A stretch of DNA of 64,000 bases from an uncultured delta proteobacterium (GTDB lineage: Bacteria; Desulfobacterota; Binatia; Binatales; Binataceae): the NCBI GenBank assembly GCA_963842085.1, contig CAWJET010000001.1, positions 544,001 to 608,000 of the forward strand, given 5' to 3'. The position numbers and the translations under genes are program-made. The notes under the pieces are model-generated. The model saw nothing but the letters and a program-made list of their open reading frames with translations, made no database searches and was not told where the DNA came from. Shown piece after piece: positions 54,959 to 64,000 of the stretch; position 1 is the first letter of the stretch, and the number at the start of each line of letters is the position of its first letter.

Positions 54959-56194
54959 TCAGGCGGCTTTGCGCGCGCGCGGCGTGATGCGCACCGGCAG
55001 ATGCTTCAGCCCGTTGATGAAGTTCGAGCGCAGGCGCTTGACCGGGCCCGTGCGCTCGACCGACGCCACGCGCTTTACGAGTTCCTCGAACAGAATGTTC
55101 ATTTCGAGCCGCGCCAGGCTTGCGCCGAGGCAGAAGTGGGGACCGCCGCCGCCGAACGCGACGTGCTCGTTGGGCTTGCGCCTGATATCGAAGGTGAACG
55201 GGTCAGGAAAAATATCTTCGTCGCGATTGGCCGAGATGTACCAGATGCTGACCTTGTCGCCCGCCTTGAACTTTTGCCCGCGCAGCTCGGTATCGCGCGT
55301 GACGTTGCGGCGAAAGAACATCACCGGCGACGCCCAGCGCAGGATTTCCTCCGTGGCCGACGGCACCAGCGCGGGATCTTCCGCGAGCATTGCGAACTGC
55401 TCGGGATGCTCGATCAGCGCGTGCATCCCGTGCGACATCGCGTTGCGAGTCGTCTCGTTGCCGGCCACCGCGAGCAGCAGAAAGAAGACATTGAAGTCCA
55501 TCTCGGAGAGCCGGTCTCCGTCGAGGTCCGCGTTGAGCAGCGCAGTGACGATATCGTCGCGCGGCTGCTCGCGCCGCTGCCTGGCCAGCTCATTCGAGTA
55601 CATGTACATCTCGATCGCGGCATTCTGCGCCATCTGTTGGCTGACCGCGTACGCGGGATCCTTGCTGCCGATCATCCGGTTGCTCCATTCGAAGAGCTTG
55701 TGCCGATCCTGGTACGGCACCCCCAGCATCTGCGCGATTACCTGGAGCGGAAGCTCGGCGGCGACGTCGGTTACGAAATCGCAATCGCGCCTTTCAATCG
55801 CCGGCTCGAGAATTTCAACCACCATCTTCCGGATATGAGGGCCGAGCGCGTTGATCATGCGCGGCGTGAATCCTCGATTTACCAGCGAGCGGTAGCGCGT
55901 GTGATCGGGCGCGTCCATCGTGAGCATCATGCGGCCCTGCGCCGACAAGTCAGCCGCAGCGTCGGCATCCTCCAGCGCAACCACGCCGCCGCGCGACTGC
56001 TCGGAGGAATAGGTGACGCCGTCGCGGCCCACTTCGACCACGTCGTCGTAACGCGTAATCACCCAGAATCCGGGACCGCCCGGTTCATGATGATGGAAGA
56101 TTGGCGCGTTGTGCCGCAGCCAGGTGAACCATTCGTCGGGAACGCTCTGTTCAAAAACGAGCGGGTCGAGCAGATTGATCTCGCGAGCGTCCAC
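54959..56194 (-). CDS. Cytochrome P450 (CYP125/CYP124-like)
   Basis: AGNETT, EEILRW, FGGGGPHFCLG. Confidence 0.93.
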   Translation of the reverse strand: MDAREINLLDPLVFEQSVPDEWFTWLRHNAPIFHHHEPGGPGFWVITRYDDVVEVGRDGVTYSSEQSRGGVVALEDADAAADLSAQGRMMLTMDAPDHTRYRSLVNRGFTPRMINALGPHIRKMVVEILEPAIERRDCDFVTDVAAELPLQVIAQMLGVPYQDRHKLFEWSNRMIGSKDPAYAVSQQMAQNAAIEMYMYSNELARQRREQPRDDIVTALLNADLDGDRLSEMDFNVFFLLLAVAGNETTRNAMSHGMHALIEHPEQFAMLAEDPALVPSATEEILRWASPVMFFRRNVTRDTELRGQKFKAGDKVSIWYISANRDEDIFPDPFTFDIRRKPNEHVAFGGGGPHFCLGASLARLEMNILFEELVKRVASVERTGPVKRLRSNFINGLKHLPVRITPRARKAA

Positions 56195-56351
56195 AGCTGT
56201 GCCTCCGAGCCGAAATAGAATGCGTTCCAATGTACCAAGAGTGGCGCAGCGTGCGTCAATCACTCGAATGGACTAGGCCGAGCGCGGCGCCCTGGCTGTA
56301 CAATTGTGGGGCACGATTTTAGAGTCGAGCACACATAGAGGTTCATCAACG

Positions 56352-57482
56352 ATGCATACCGAGCTTTGCGACCGACTGGGAATCGAGTTCCCGATTTTCG
56401 CGTTCAGCCACTGCCGCGATGTGGTGGCCGCTGTCACCAAGTCCGGCGGATTCGGAGTGCTCGGGGCGCTGGCCTATCCGGCGGCTCAACTCGAGTACGA
56501 GCTGAAATGGATCGATTCGCAAGTGGGGGACAAGCCCTACGGCGTCGATATCGTTATCCCTGGAAAGTACGAAGGGATGGGCGAACTCGATCCGATAAAA
56601 CTCGAGCAGCAACTGATCGCGGCGATCCCGCCGCAGCACCGCGCGTTCGTCGATAAAATCCTCGAGCAGCACGGCATCCCCGATCTGCCGGCGGAAGAGA
56701 AAGGCGGCAGCGATCTGCTCGGATGGACGGCGGCCACGGCCGCGCCGCAAATTGAAGTCGCGCTGCGGCATCCCAAGGTCAAACTCGTCGCCAATGCGCT
56801 CGGCACGCCGCCCGCGGACGTGATCGAACGAATCCACAACTCGGGCCGCCTGATGGCGGCGCTGTGCGGCGCGACCAAGCATGCGCTCGCGCAGAAAAAA
56901 GCGGGCGTCGATATTCTAATCGCGCAAGGACACGAAGGCGGTGGGCACTGCGGCGAGATCGGCAGCATGGTGCTGTGGCCGGAGGTGATCGACGCCGTCG
57001 CGCCGCTTCCAGTTCTCGCCGCCGGCGGGATCGGAACCGGCAGGCAGATCGCCGCGGCGCTTGCGATGGGCGCGCAGGGCGTGTGGACGGGATCGATCTG
57101 GCTCACCGTGCAGGAGGCCGAGACGACTCCCGCCCAGCGCGAGGCGTACTTCCGCGCGAGCAGTTCCGACACGGTCCGCTCGCGCTCGTTCACCGGCAAG
57201 CCGGCCCGCATGCTGCGCAACGATTGGACGCAGGCGTGGGAGGCGCCCGACGCACCCAAGCCGCTGCCGATGCCCATGCAATACCTGGTGGCAGCTCCGG
57301 CAGCGGCCCGCGCGCGCCGCTACGGGGAGAAGGGAAACGCGTTGGGCTTCAATCCGGTCGGGCAGATCGTCGGCCGCATGAACGAGATGCGCTCAGTCAA
57401 GGAAGTCGTGTACCAGCTCGTCGATGAATATCTCGCGGCGGTGGAGCGGCTGGACAAACTGAGCTCGACGCAAACGGCCTGA
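56352..57482 (+). CDS. Nitronate monooxygenase/FabK-like flavoprotein
   Basis: [26 protein letters not shown]. Confidence 0.9.
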   Translation: MHTELCDRLGIEFPIFAFSHCRDVVAAVTKSGGFGVLGALAYPAAQLEYELKWIDSQVGDKPYGVDIVIPGKYEGMGELDPIKLEQQLIAAIPPQHRAFVDKILEQHGIPDLPAEEKGGSDLLGWTAATAAPQIEVALRHPKVKLVANALGTPPADVIERIHNSGRLMAALCGATKHALAQKKAGVDILIAQGHEGGGHCGEIGSMVLWPEVIDAVAPLPVLAAGGIGTGRQIAAALAMGAQGVWTGSIWLTVQEAETTPAQREAYFRASSSDTVRSRSFTGKPARMLRNDWTQAWEAPDAPKPLPMPMQYLVAAPAAARARRYGEKGNALGFNPVGQIVGRMNEMRSVKEVVYQLVDEYLAAVERLDKLSSTQTA

Positions 57483-57513
57483 GCACATCGATAACGAACA
57501 CGGAGAAGCACCG

Positions 57514-58314
57514 ATGAGTGAACAGCCTCATGCGATCGTCGAGCGTTACGGTCACGTCCTGACGCTCACGATGAACCGGCCCGAGGCGCGCAACGCACTC
57601 TCGCCGGAGATGATGGACATCATGTCGAGCACGTGGGACGAGGTGAACTCGAATCCCGACATCCGCGTCGCGATCATCACCGGCGCCGGCGGCGCGTTTT
57701 GCGCGGGCGCGGATTTGAAGGCGATGACTCGAATGCATCCGGGCGACAGCTTTCGCCAGGGCAACGCCGGCGGCTTGAGCGCTGGTGTTATCAAGCCGCT
57801 GCTCAAGGGGTTCCGATTGACGAAACCGCTGATAGCCGCGGTTGAAGGCGCCGCGATTGCCGGCGGTACGGAGATTCTGCAGGCCACCGACATCCGCGTG
57901 GCCGGCGAGAGCGCGCGCTTCGGCGTCTCGGAGGTGCGATGGGGGCTCTTTCCGCTCGCGGGCTCGACGGTGAGACTGCGCCGCCAGGTTCCATACACCG
58001 TCGCGGCCGACATCCTGCTGACTGGGCGACATCTGAAGGCAGCAGAGGCAAAGGAAATCGGGCTAATCGGCTACGTCGTGCCCGACGGACAGGCGCTCGC
58101 GAAGGCCCGCGAACTGGCGGAAACAATCGCGGCTAACGGCCCGGTCGCTGTGCAAGCCGTGTTGCGCTCGATCCGGGAAACTGAATGCGTGCCGGAAGAC
58201 GAAGCGATGCGCGTCGAGAGCAAAATCGGGATGGAAGTTTTTCTCAGTGACGACGCCAAGGAAGGGCCGCTCGCGTTCATGCAGAAGCGCAAGCCCGAGT
58301 TCAAGGGCCGCTAG
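57514..58314 (+). CDS. Enoyl-CoA hydratase/isomerase
   Basis: [21 protein letters not shown]. Confidence 0.93.
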   Translation: MSEQPHAIVERYGHVLTLTMNRPEARNALSPEMMDIMSSTWDEVNSNPDIRVAIITGAGGAFCAGADLKAMTRMHPGDSFRQGNAGGLSAGVIKPLLKGFRLTKPLIAAVEGAAIAGGTEILQATDIRVAGESARFGVSEVRWGLFPLAGSTVRLRRQVPYTVAADILLTGRHLKAAEAKEIGLIGYVVPDGQALAKARELAETIAANGPVAVQAVLRSIRETECVPEDEAMRVESKIGMEVFLSDDAKEGPLAFMQKRKPEFKGR

Positions 58315-58437
58315 ACACATCGCCTCCAGATGCAGCGGATCTACTGCATTTAGTCGCTCCCATTGAGCCGCTAAGTAATCTAACATCAGTTGCAGGACTC
58401 GCAGGGTCGAATCGCGCGAGCAGGTCCGGAGGTCTGG

Positions 58438-60285
58438 ATGGATTCAGCGGAAGCGAAAATTGCCGGCGGAAGCGCCACTCCTGCCGCGCACACCTCCGAA
58501 CCATTGACTCTCAGGATCAAGCTGCTCTACGGCGCCCCCAGTTTCGCCGGCGCCGCCATGGTCATCCCGATCTTCATCCACATGCCGAAGTTTTACGCCG
58601 ACGTCGTGCTGGTGCCGCTGGGGTATCTCGCGATGGCGATCGCGATCGCGCGTTCGCTCGACGCGCTGAGCGATCCGCTGATGGGCTGGATCTCCGATCA
58701 CACGCACACGCGGCTTGGCCGTCGGCGGCCCTACATGCTGATTGGCGCTCCGCTGTGCGGGGTGGCTTTTTTCTGCCTGCTGAATCCGCCGGCTTCGTTG
58801 ACCGGCGGCCGCGCGGCGCTTTGGTTCGGCGTGACCTTCATCCTTTACTTTATATTTCATACGGTCTATGTCCTGCCGCATTACGCGCTTGGCCCGGAGC
58901 TCACGCAGAACTATCACGAGCGCTCGACCCTGTTCGCGTGGCGCGAGTCTTTCACCATTTTGGGAACGATCGTCGCGTCGGCGGCGCCCGGCGTCATGAT
59001 GAAAGCGCTGCACCTGACCGACCGGCAAGTGTTTTTCCGGCTCGGCATCTTCTTCGGCGTACTACTCACCATACTCTACTGGCTGCTGGTGCTGACCGTG
59101 AAAGAGCGGCCCGACTTCGTCGCCCGCGAATCAAATCCCCTGGTGCCCGGCGTGCGGCGCGCGCTGCGCAACCGCCCGTTCGGGATTCTGCTCGGCAGCT
59201 ACGTCGTCGGGAGCATCGCCGGCGCGATTCCGGCCACGATGATGCCGTTCTTCAACGCCTACGTAATCCGGCCGGACAATCCGACTTTCTGGCTCTCGAT
59301 GCTGCTGCTCGGTTATTTCGCGTTCGGTTTTATCTCGCTGCCGATGTGGGTTTGGGTTGCACGCCGAGTCGGAAAGCTCAACGCGTATCTCGCGAGCTTT
59401 TTTCTCGGCATCACCGGCGGCGGCGCGATGTTCCTGCTCGGGCCCGGCGACACCTGGTGGCTGCTCGTGTTGATTTGCTGGGCGGGTATCGGATTCGGCG
59501 CCGGTTTGTTCCTGACGCCCTCGATGCAGGCCGACGTGATCGACTACGACGAGCTCTACACCGGCAAGCGGCGCGAAGCGCAGTACACTGCGTTCTGGTC
59601 GATGCTGCCGAAGTTCGTTGCGATTCCGAGCGCCGCTGTTCCGATCGCGATTCTCGCCTCGCTCGGCTACATCCCCAACGCCGTGCAGGCGCCGCGCGTC
59701 GTCTTCGCGATTCGGGCGATCTTCGCGCTGGGCCCGGCGATTTGCTCGATGCTTTCTTTCCTGATCGCGCGCAGGTTCCCGATCACTCAGACGATCCATC
59801 GCGCGATTCTCGATGGTATCGCGAGCCACACTCGCGGCGAAGCGGTTCTCGACCCGCTGACTGGGGTGATCGTGCCGCCGCCGAAACCCGGCCCTGACGA
59901 AGACGTCGGCTGGTTCCTCGACTACTTTTCCAGCGGCGAGCTTAAGCGCTATCTGGCCAAAGGCGCGTCGCAGCCGCTGCGCGACGTGCTCACGGTGGCG
60001 GCGATATCGATTGGCGTCTCGGTATTTTCGGTCATTTATGTACTGGATCGCGTCAGCTCGCTGCGCACCGATCCAGGTGCGATGATTTCTCTGATCGTGG
60101 TGACAGCAGGGCTTGCGTTCGCGATATTCGTTTTCCACCTGATGCGCCTTGGACCCGCGCGCCGGCTTGCGGCGGGCGAAGTGCCGGCCGACGTCGTCCG
60201 CGCCCATCTCGGCGAGGTCGCCGAAGCTCTCCGGGAAGGAACTCCCACGCCCGTGGTCGCCGCCAGTGTCACGAGCCGCCGCTAG
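58438..60285 (+). CDS. MFS transporter of the GPH/MelB type with C-terminal extension
   Basis: DALSDPLMG.ISD.T.TRLGRRRPY, ADVIDYDEL.TGKRRE. Confidence 0.9.
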   Translation: MDSAEAKIAGGSATPAAHTSEPLTLRIKLLYGAPSFAGAAMVIPIFIHMPKFYADVVLVPLGYLAMAIAIARSLDALSDPLMGWISDHTHTRLGRRRPYMLIGAPLCGVAFFCLLNPPASLTGGRAALWFGVTFILYFIFHTVYVLPHYALGPELTQNYHERSTLFAWRESFTILGTIVASAAPGVMMKALHLTDRQVFFRLGIFFGVLLTILYWLLVLTVKERPDFVARESNPLVPGVRRALRNRPFGILLGSYVVGSIAGAIPATMMPFFNAYVIRPDNPTFWLSMLLLGYFAFGFISLPMWVWVARRVGKLNAYLASFFLGITGGGAMFLLGPGDTWWLLVLICWAGIGFGAGLFLTPSMQADVIDYDELYTGKRREAQYTAFWSMLPKFVAIPSAAVPIAILASLGYIPNAVQAPRVVFAIRAIFALGPAICSMLSFLIARRFPITQTIHRAILDGIASHTRGEAVLDPLTGVIVPPPKPGPDEDVGWFLDYFSSGELKRYLAKGASQPLRDVLTVAAISIGVSVFSVIYVLDRVSSLRTDPGAMISLIVVTAGLAFAIFVFHLMRLGPARRLAAGEVPADVVRAHLGEVAEALREGTPTPVVAASVTSRR

Positions 60286-60355
60286 TTGATAAGAAATTAG
60301 ACGGTAAGGGGGTTCGTGCCCGCCGCGCGAGTGCTTGCGACTGGAGGATTTGCCG

Positions 60356-61189
60356 ATGCCGTCAATCCCTGTAGTCTCCGCCAACGATTCTCCCGCCAAG
60401 GTCGTCGCGCGCCTGGAGCGCGACGGCGCCGTTGTGGTCACCGGAGTGATCGATCAAACCACTCGCGACGCGCTCGTGCGCGAACTGGCGCCTCATCTCG
60501 AAATCGCCGACCCGAACGCCAGCCTCAACAAAAAATACGCCGAAGACGGTGGAAATCCGGACTTCTATCCCGGCCACACCAAGCGCGTCACCGCGCTGGT
60601 CGCCCGGTCGGAAACCTTCCGCACCTTCGTGACGCATCCGCTGATGCTGTCGGCGTGCGACGCGATCCTGAAACCCAACTGCACGCACTACCAGGTGCAT
60701 GCGACCGCCGCGCTCAAAATCGGTCCCGGCGCGCGAGAGCAAGTACTCCATCGCGAGGAGGATCCGTATCAATTTTTTAGAGTTCCTCGTCCGCGCATGA
60801 TCCTCGCCAGCATGTGGGCGATAACCGATTTCACCGAAGCCAACGGCGGAACCCATATCGTTCCCGGCAGTCATCTGTGGCCCGCAGATCGCACCGCGCC
60901 TGCCGAGGAAGTCGTCGCGGCCGCGATGCCCGCGGGCTCGGTCCTGCTCTGGATGGGTGGCACGCTGCACGGCGCGGGCGCGAATCGAACCGACGAGTGG
61001 CGTTACGGCGTCTTCCTTTCGTATTCGCTCGGATGGCTGCGGCAGGAAGAAAACCAGTACATCGACACGCCCCGCGACGTCGCGCGCACGCTCTCCAAGC
61101 CCGTGCGCGATCTCGTTGGCTACCGGATGCACCTGGGACTCGGCTATGCCGACGTGCAGCCCAGGGATACTCGCGACGGGAGTCGCTGA
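60356..61189 (+). CDS. Phytanoyl-CoA dioxygenase family protein
   Basis: QVLHRE, DFTEANGGT..VPGSH, HGAGAN. Confidence 0.9.
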   Translation: MPSIPVVSANDSPAKVVARLERDGAVVVTGVIDQTTRDALVRELAPHLEIADPNASLNKKYAEDGGNPDFYPGHTKRVTALVARSETFRTFVTHPLMLSACDAILKPNCTHYQVHATAALKIGPGAREQVLHREEDPYQFFRVPRPRMILASMWAITDFTEANGGTHIVPGSHLWPADRTAPAEEVVAAAMPAGSVLLWMGGTLHGAGANRTDEWRYGVFLSYSLGWLRQEENQYIDTPRDVARTLSKPVRDLVGYRMHLGLGYADVQPRDTRDGSR

Positions 61190-62421
61190 TGCGCAAGATT
61201 TCCTATCGCGTGCGGCCCGAGACCGCCGTGCTGACCAGGGGCTTCGACCCGAAGTTGTCGGTCGGCTCGGCCAGGCCGCCGGTCTACCGGAGTTCGACCT
61301 TCGTCTTTCCAAGTCCGGAGGCGGCAGAGCGTGCGTTTCGAATCGTGCTCGGAAAAATCCGTCCGCTCGGCGACGATCGTCCCGACCTGATTTATGCGCG
61401 GCTGAATCATCCCAACGCCGAAATCCTCGAGGAGCAGCTCGTGCCGCTCGAGCGCGGCGCCAATTCCGCCGCCATCTTCAATTCCGGCATGGCCGCGATC
61501 TTCACCGTGATGCTCGCGTTCCTGGAACGCGGCGGCTCGCTCATCTACACCCAGCCTCTGTACGGCGGCAGCCAACATTTGATCCACCAGGTAATCGAAC
61601 CGCTCGGTTTCGACGCGCGCGCAGTGCCCGCCGGCAATACCAAGGCGCTGACCGAGGCGATTGAGCAGGCAAATAATCTAAGCCTGGTTCTGATCGAGAC
61701 TCCCGCCAATCCCACCCTCGTGATGACCGATATCGCGCAAGCGTCCGCCGCGGTGCGCCGAAAACAAAAGCGCGCCTTGCTCGCCATCGACAACACCCTG
61801 CTTGGTCCCACGTTTCAGCATCCGCTGATTCACGGCGCCGACCTCGCGATTTACTCGGCGACGAAGTTCCTCGGCGGATTCAGCGACTTGCTCGCCGGCG
61901 CGGTACTCTCCGCGGATCCTGAATTGATCCAGACGCTGACCGGAATGCGCGCGCTGCTCGGCAACATCCTGCAGGCCGACGAATGCTGGATGCTCGATTC
62001 GCGCCTTTCGACCGTCGCGCTGCGGATGAATCGGCAGAGCAAGAACGCGCAGCGAATCGCCGAGCAGTTGGCCAGGCATCCGCGCGTCAAGCGCGTCATC
62101 TATCCTTCCCTGTTCACCGACCCCGCCCAAATCAGGATTCGCGACGCGCAGACCGACTACCCGGGTTCGCTCCTGTCGCTGGAGGTCGAGGGCGGAAAGA
62201 CCGGCGCTTTCGAATTCCTGCGCCACCTGAAGATCGCCAAGAACGCCGTCAGCCTCGGCGGCGTCGAAACCCTCGTATGCCATCCGATGACGACCACCCA
62301 CAGCGAGTTGTCGCCAGAGGAATTGTCGGCGGCGGGAATCAGCGAATCACTGGTGCGCATCTCGGTCGGCACCGAGCATTGGCGCGATCTGCTCGACGAA
62401 TTCACCCGCGCGCTTGGCTGA
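61189..62421 (+). CDS. PLP-dependent Cys/Met metabolism enzyme (cystathionine gamma-synthase/methionine gamma-lyase family)
   Basis: SGMAAI, ETPANPT, DNT, SATKF, SLGGVE. Confidence 0.92.
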   Translation: MRKISYRVRPETAVLTRGFDPKLSVGSARPPVYRSSTFVFPSPEAAERAFRIVLGKIRPLGDDRPDLIYARLNHPNAEILEEQLVPLERGANSAAIFNSGMAAIFTVMLAFLERGGSLIYTQPLYGGSQHLIHQVIEPLGFDARAVPAGNTKALTEAIEQANNLSLVLIETPANPTLVMTDIAQASAAVRRKQKRALLAIDNTLLGPTFQHPLIHGADLAIYSATKFLGGFSDLLAGAVLSADPELIQTLTGMRALLGNILQADECWMLDSRLSTVALRMNRQSKNAQRIAEQLARHPRVKRVIYPSLFTDPAQIRIRDAQTDYPGSLLSLEVEGGKTGAFEFLRHLKIAKNAVSLGGVETLVCHPMTTTHSELSPEELSAAGISESLVRISVGTEHWRDLLDEFTRALG

Positions 62422-62449
62422 AGCCTGCGCGAGCCGCGCCACCTGCCGC

Positions 62450-62806
62450 TCAGGTGCGGATCTCTTCCAGACGTCCCGTGTGGTTGTGGATACCCGCGCG
62501 CAAGTGATTGGCGTTGATACCCAAGGTCTCGCAGACCCGGACGAACGCGAACGGGCCGGATTCCTCGTCGGAGCTGAGCCATTCGGCCGCTTCGCGGAAC
62601 TCCGGGTTGTCGCGCGAAGTTGGACCGGCATCGCGATGAGTGAGGTAGCATCGGATGGCATCTTCGAGCACCGCGAAAAGAAGCTTACGCTCACCTTGTG
62701 TGGGCAGCTTCTTGCTGCGCGCCTCGGCGTACTGAACGGGCAAGATGCCTACATTGTGGAATATGCTTGGCAGATCGTCGGACGCCACGTATGTGCTCAA
62801 TTCCAT
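62450..62806 (-). CDS. Conserved hypothetical protein
   Basis: ERKLLFAVLEDAI..EAAEW..F..VCETLGI pattern; GGAG RBS. Confidence 0.65.
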   Translation of the reverse strand: MELSTYVASDDLPSIFHNVGILPVQYAEARSKKLPTQGERKLLFAVLEDAIRCYLTHRDAGPTSRDNPEFREAAEWLSSDEESGPFAFVRVCETLGINANHLRAGIHNHTGRLEEIRT

Positions 62807-62998
62807 GTTTCTCCGCCTCCACTTCTGAGCCTTCGTCAAAATCTCTTACGCATTGAGCAAAACGTCTGCCAATTGAAGTCTGCTGGCAAAAGGCCACTTT
62901 TTATTAGCCGTTAGCGGCCTCCCGAAGGACCCGGTAAATTTTTCATGACCTGAAGACGCGAGCAGTGCGTACGCAGAACTGCGACATCCGAAAAACGG

Positions 62999-63646
62999 TC
63001 AGGTCAATTTTATTCCGGTCGCGGCTTCGAGTTCGGCAATCGCTTGCGGGCCGCTCTCCACCTTGATGGTTGTCATACCCATGGCGCGAGCGGGTTTGAG
63101 ATTGCCGCCGAGATCGTCGAGATAGACGCACGCGTCTGGCTTGACGCCGAGCTTCTCGCACATCATGAGGTAGATCCGCGGATCGGGCTTGCGGATTCCG
63201 ACCTTTGACGATTCGAGCAGCTCGTCGAACAGTTCCATGATCTCGCGCGAGTAGATCGAGCGGGCGGTGGCGACGGCGCGGGCCGCGTCCGGCGGCATGT
63301 TGTTGGTGATGCAGCCGGTTTTGAACTTGCACTTAATACGCCACAGCGCCTCGATCATCTCGGGCCGGAAGTCGCCGCCCAGGAGCGCAAGGACGTCGCG
63401 GCCCGGTATCTCGTAGCCGAGCATCCTGGCTTCCGCCGCAAAGGCGGCGTCGAAGCCGGCAAAGTCAATCGCCGACCGCTCGAACATCGCCCACGCATTG
63501 TTCTCGTGATTGGTGGAATTGATCTTGCGGATCACGCCGAGCGGGATGCCTCTGTCGCGCTCATAGCGCGCGAAGGCCTCGAACGGCGAGGTCGTGAACA
63601 CGCCGCCGAAATCCCATATCACCGCTTCGATCACGTCAGTCTCCAA
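62999..63646 (-). CDS. HAD-IA family hydrolase
   Basis: WDFGGV, RKPDPRIY, YLDD. Confidence 0.9.
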   Translation of the reverse strand: METDVIEAVIWDFGGVFTTSPFEAFARYERDRGIPLGVIRKINSTNHENNAWAMFERSAIDFAGFDAAFAAEARMLGYEIPGRDVLALLGGDFRPEMIEALWRIKCKFKTGCITNNMPPDAARAVATARSIYSREIMELFDELLESSKVGIRKPDPRIYLMMCEKLGVKPDACVYLDDLGGNLKPARAMGMTTIKVESGPQAIAELEAATGIKLT

Positions 63647-63775
63647 TCCTGTCGCTTCCGCACTTTTCGGTTTCCTTGCGCGATCATAATTGGGAACGAA
63701 CTAAACTATTACAAGCGATCGCCAGCATGCAGATCTCCGGGTTGATCGCGGGTCCTGCTATGCTCGCGGTTAGCA

Positions 63776-64000
63776 ATGCGCGTCTTCTCCTTCAGGGTTC
63801 TGTCCTGGAACTTGCACGGACTGGCTTGGCCGCTGTCCAGAGATCCTGACGCCCGAATGAATCGGGTTGGCGCGAAGATTCGCGAATTGGCGCCGGAGGT
63901 TGTCCTGTTGCAGGAGGTCTGGCTCGGCTCGCATCTCTCGCGTCTGACACGTACGCTCCAGCCGGATTGGATTCCAATATGTGTAAGGCGCCGCGTTGGC
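63776..64000 (+). CDS. Endonuclease/exonuclease/phosphatase family protein, partial
   Basis: Hand translation MRVFSFRVLSWNLHG...PEVVLLQEVW; runs off the window edge. Confidence 0.8.
   Translation, partial: MRVFSFRVLSWNLHGLAWPLSRDPDARMNRVGAKIRELAPEVVLLQEVWLGSHLSRLTRTLQPDWIPICVRRRVG

Noticed and set aside
48307-60441. Long alternative-frame ORFs (48307-49437, 52095-53714, 54893-56218, 58755-59897, 59131-60441)
   Set aside because: High-GC shadow ORFs overlapping well-supported genes; no recognisable motifs
60814-61188. N-terminal extension of the 535-aa PLP enzyme ORF
   Set aside because: Overlaps the PhyH gene; TGATG coupling supports a start at 61189

Overview
High-GC bacterial chromosome segment; the gene content suggests Candidatus Binatota or a related deltaproteobacterial lineage (inference only). 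Positions ~1-46400 are a heavily scrambled accessory island ending at a tyrosine integrase that reads into tRNA-Lys(CTT), the last gene of a minus-strand tRNA operon (Pro-Arg-His-Lys, 46404-46801). The island holds a phage-satellite-like replication module, terminase remnants, a ParB-methylase/DUF5681/CI-like module, two IS110-family elements, IS3, IS5, IS256 and rve-integrase elements or remnants, and an IS5-type MITE. Its cargo includes candidate defence genes (PD-(D/E)XK, wHTH+HEPN, DUF4145, broken TIR and PIN genes) and orphan copies of core genes (nuoB, mreB). Positions 47382-64000 look like core genome with lipid/steroid-type catabolic genes. Three observations stand out. First, the bridge-RNA guides of both IS110-family elements can be read directly, and the IS1111-type guide matches its reconstructed target, a repeated DNA hairpin. 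Second, a dispersed family of tRNA-like hybrid att sites is flanked by short-repeat arrays, two of them helically phased. Third, a Xis-like HTH is fused to an integrase whose stop codon lies inside the tRNA. All product calls come from motif recognition by eye; no database searches were run.
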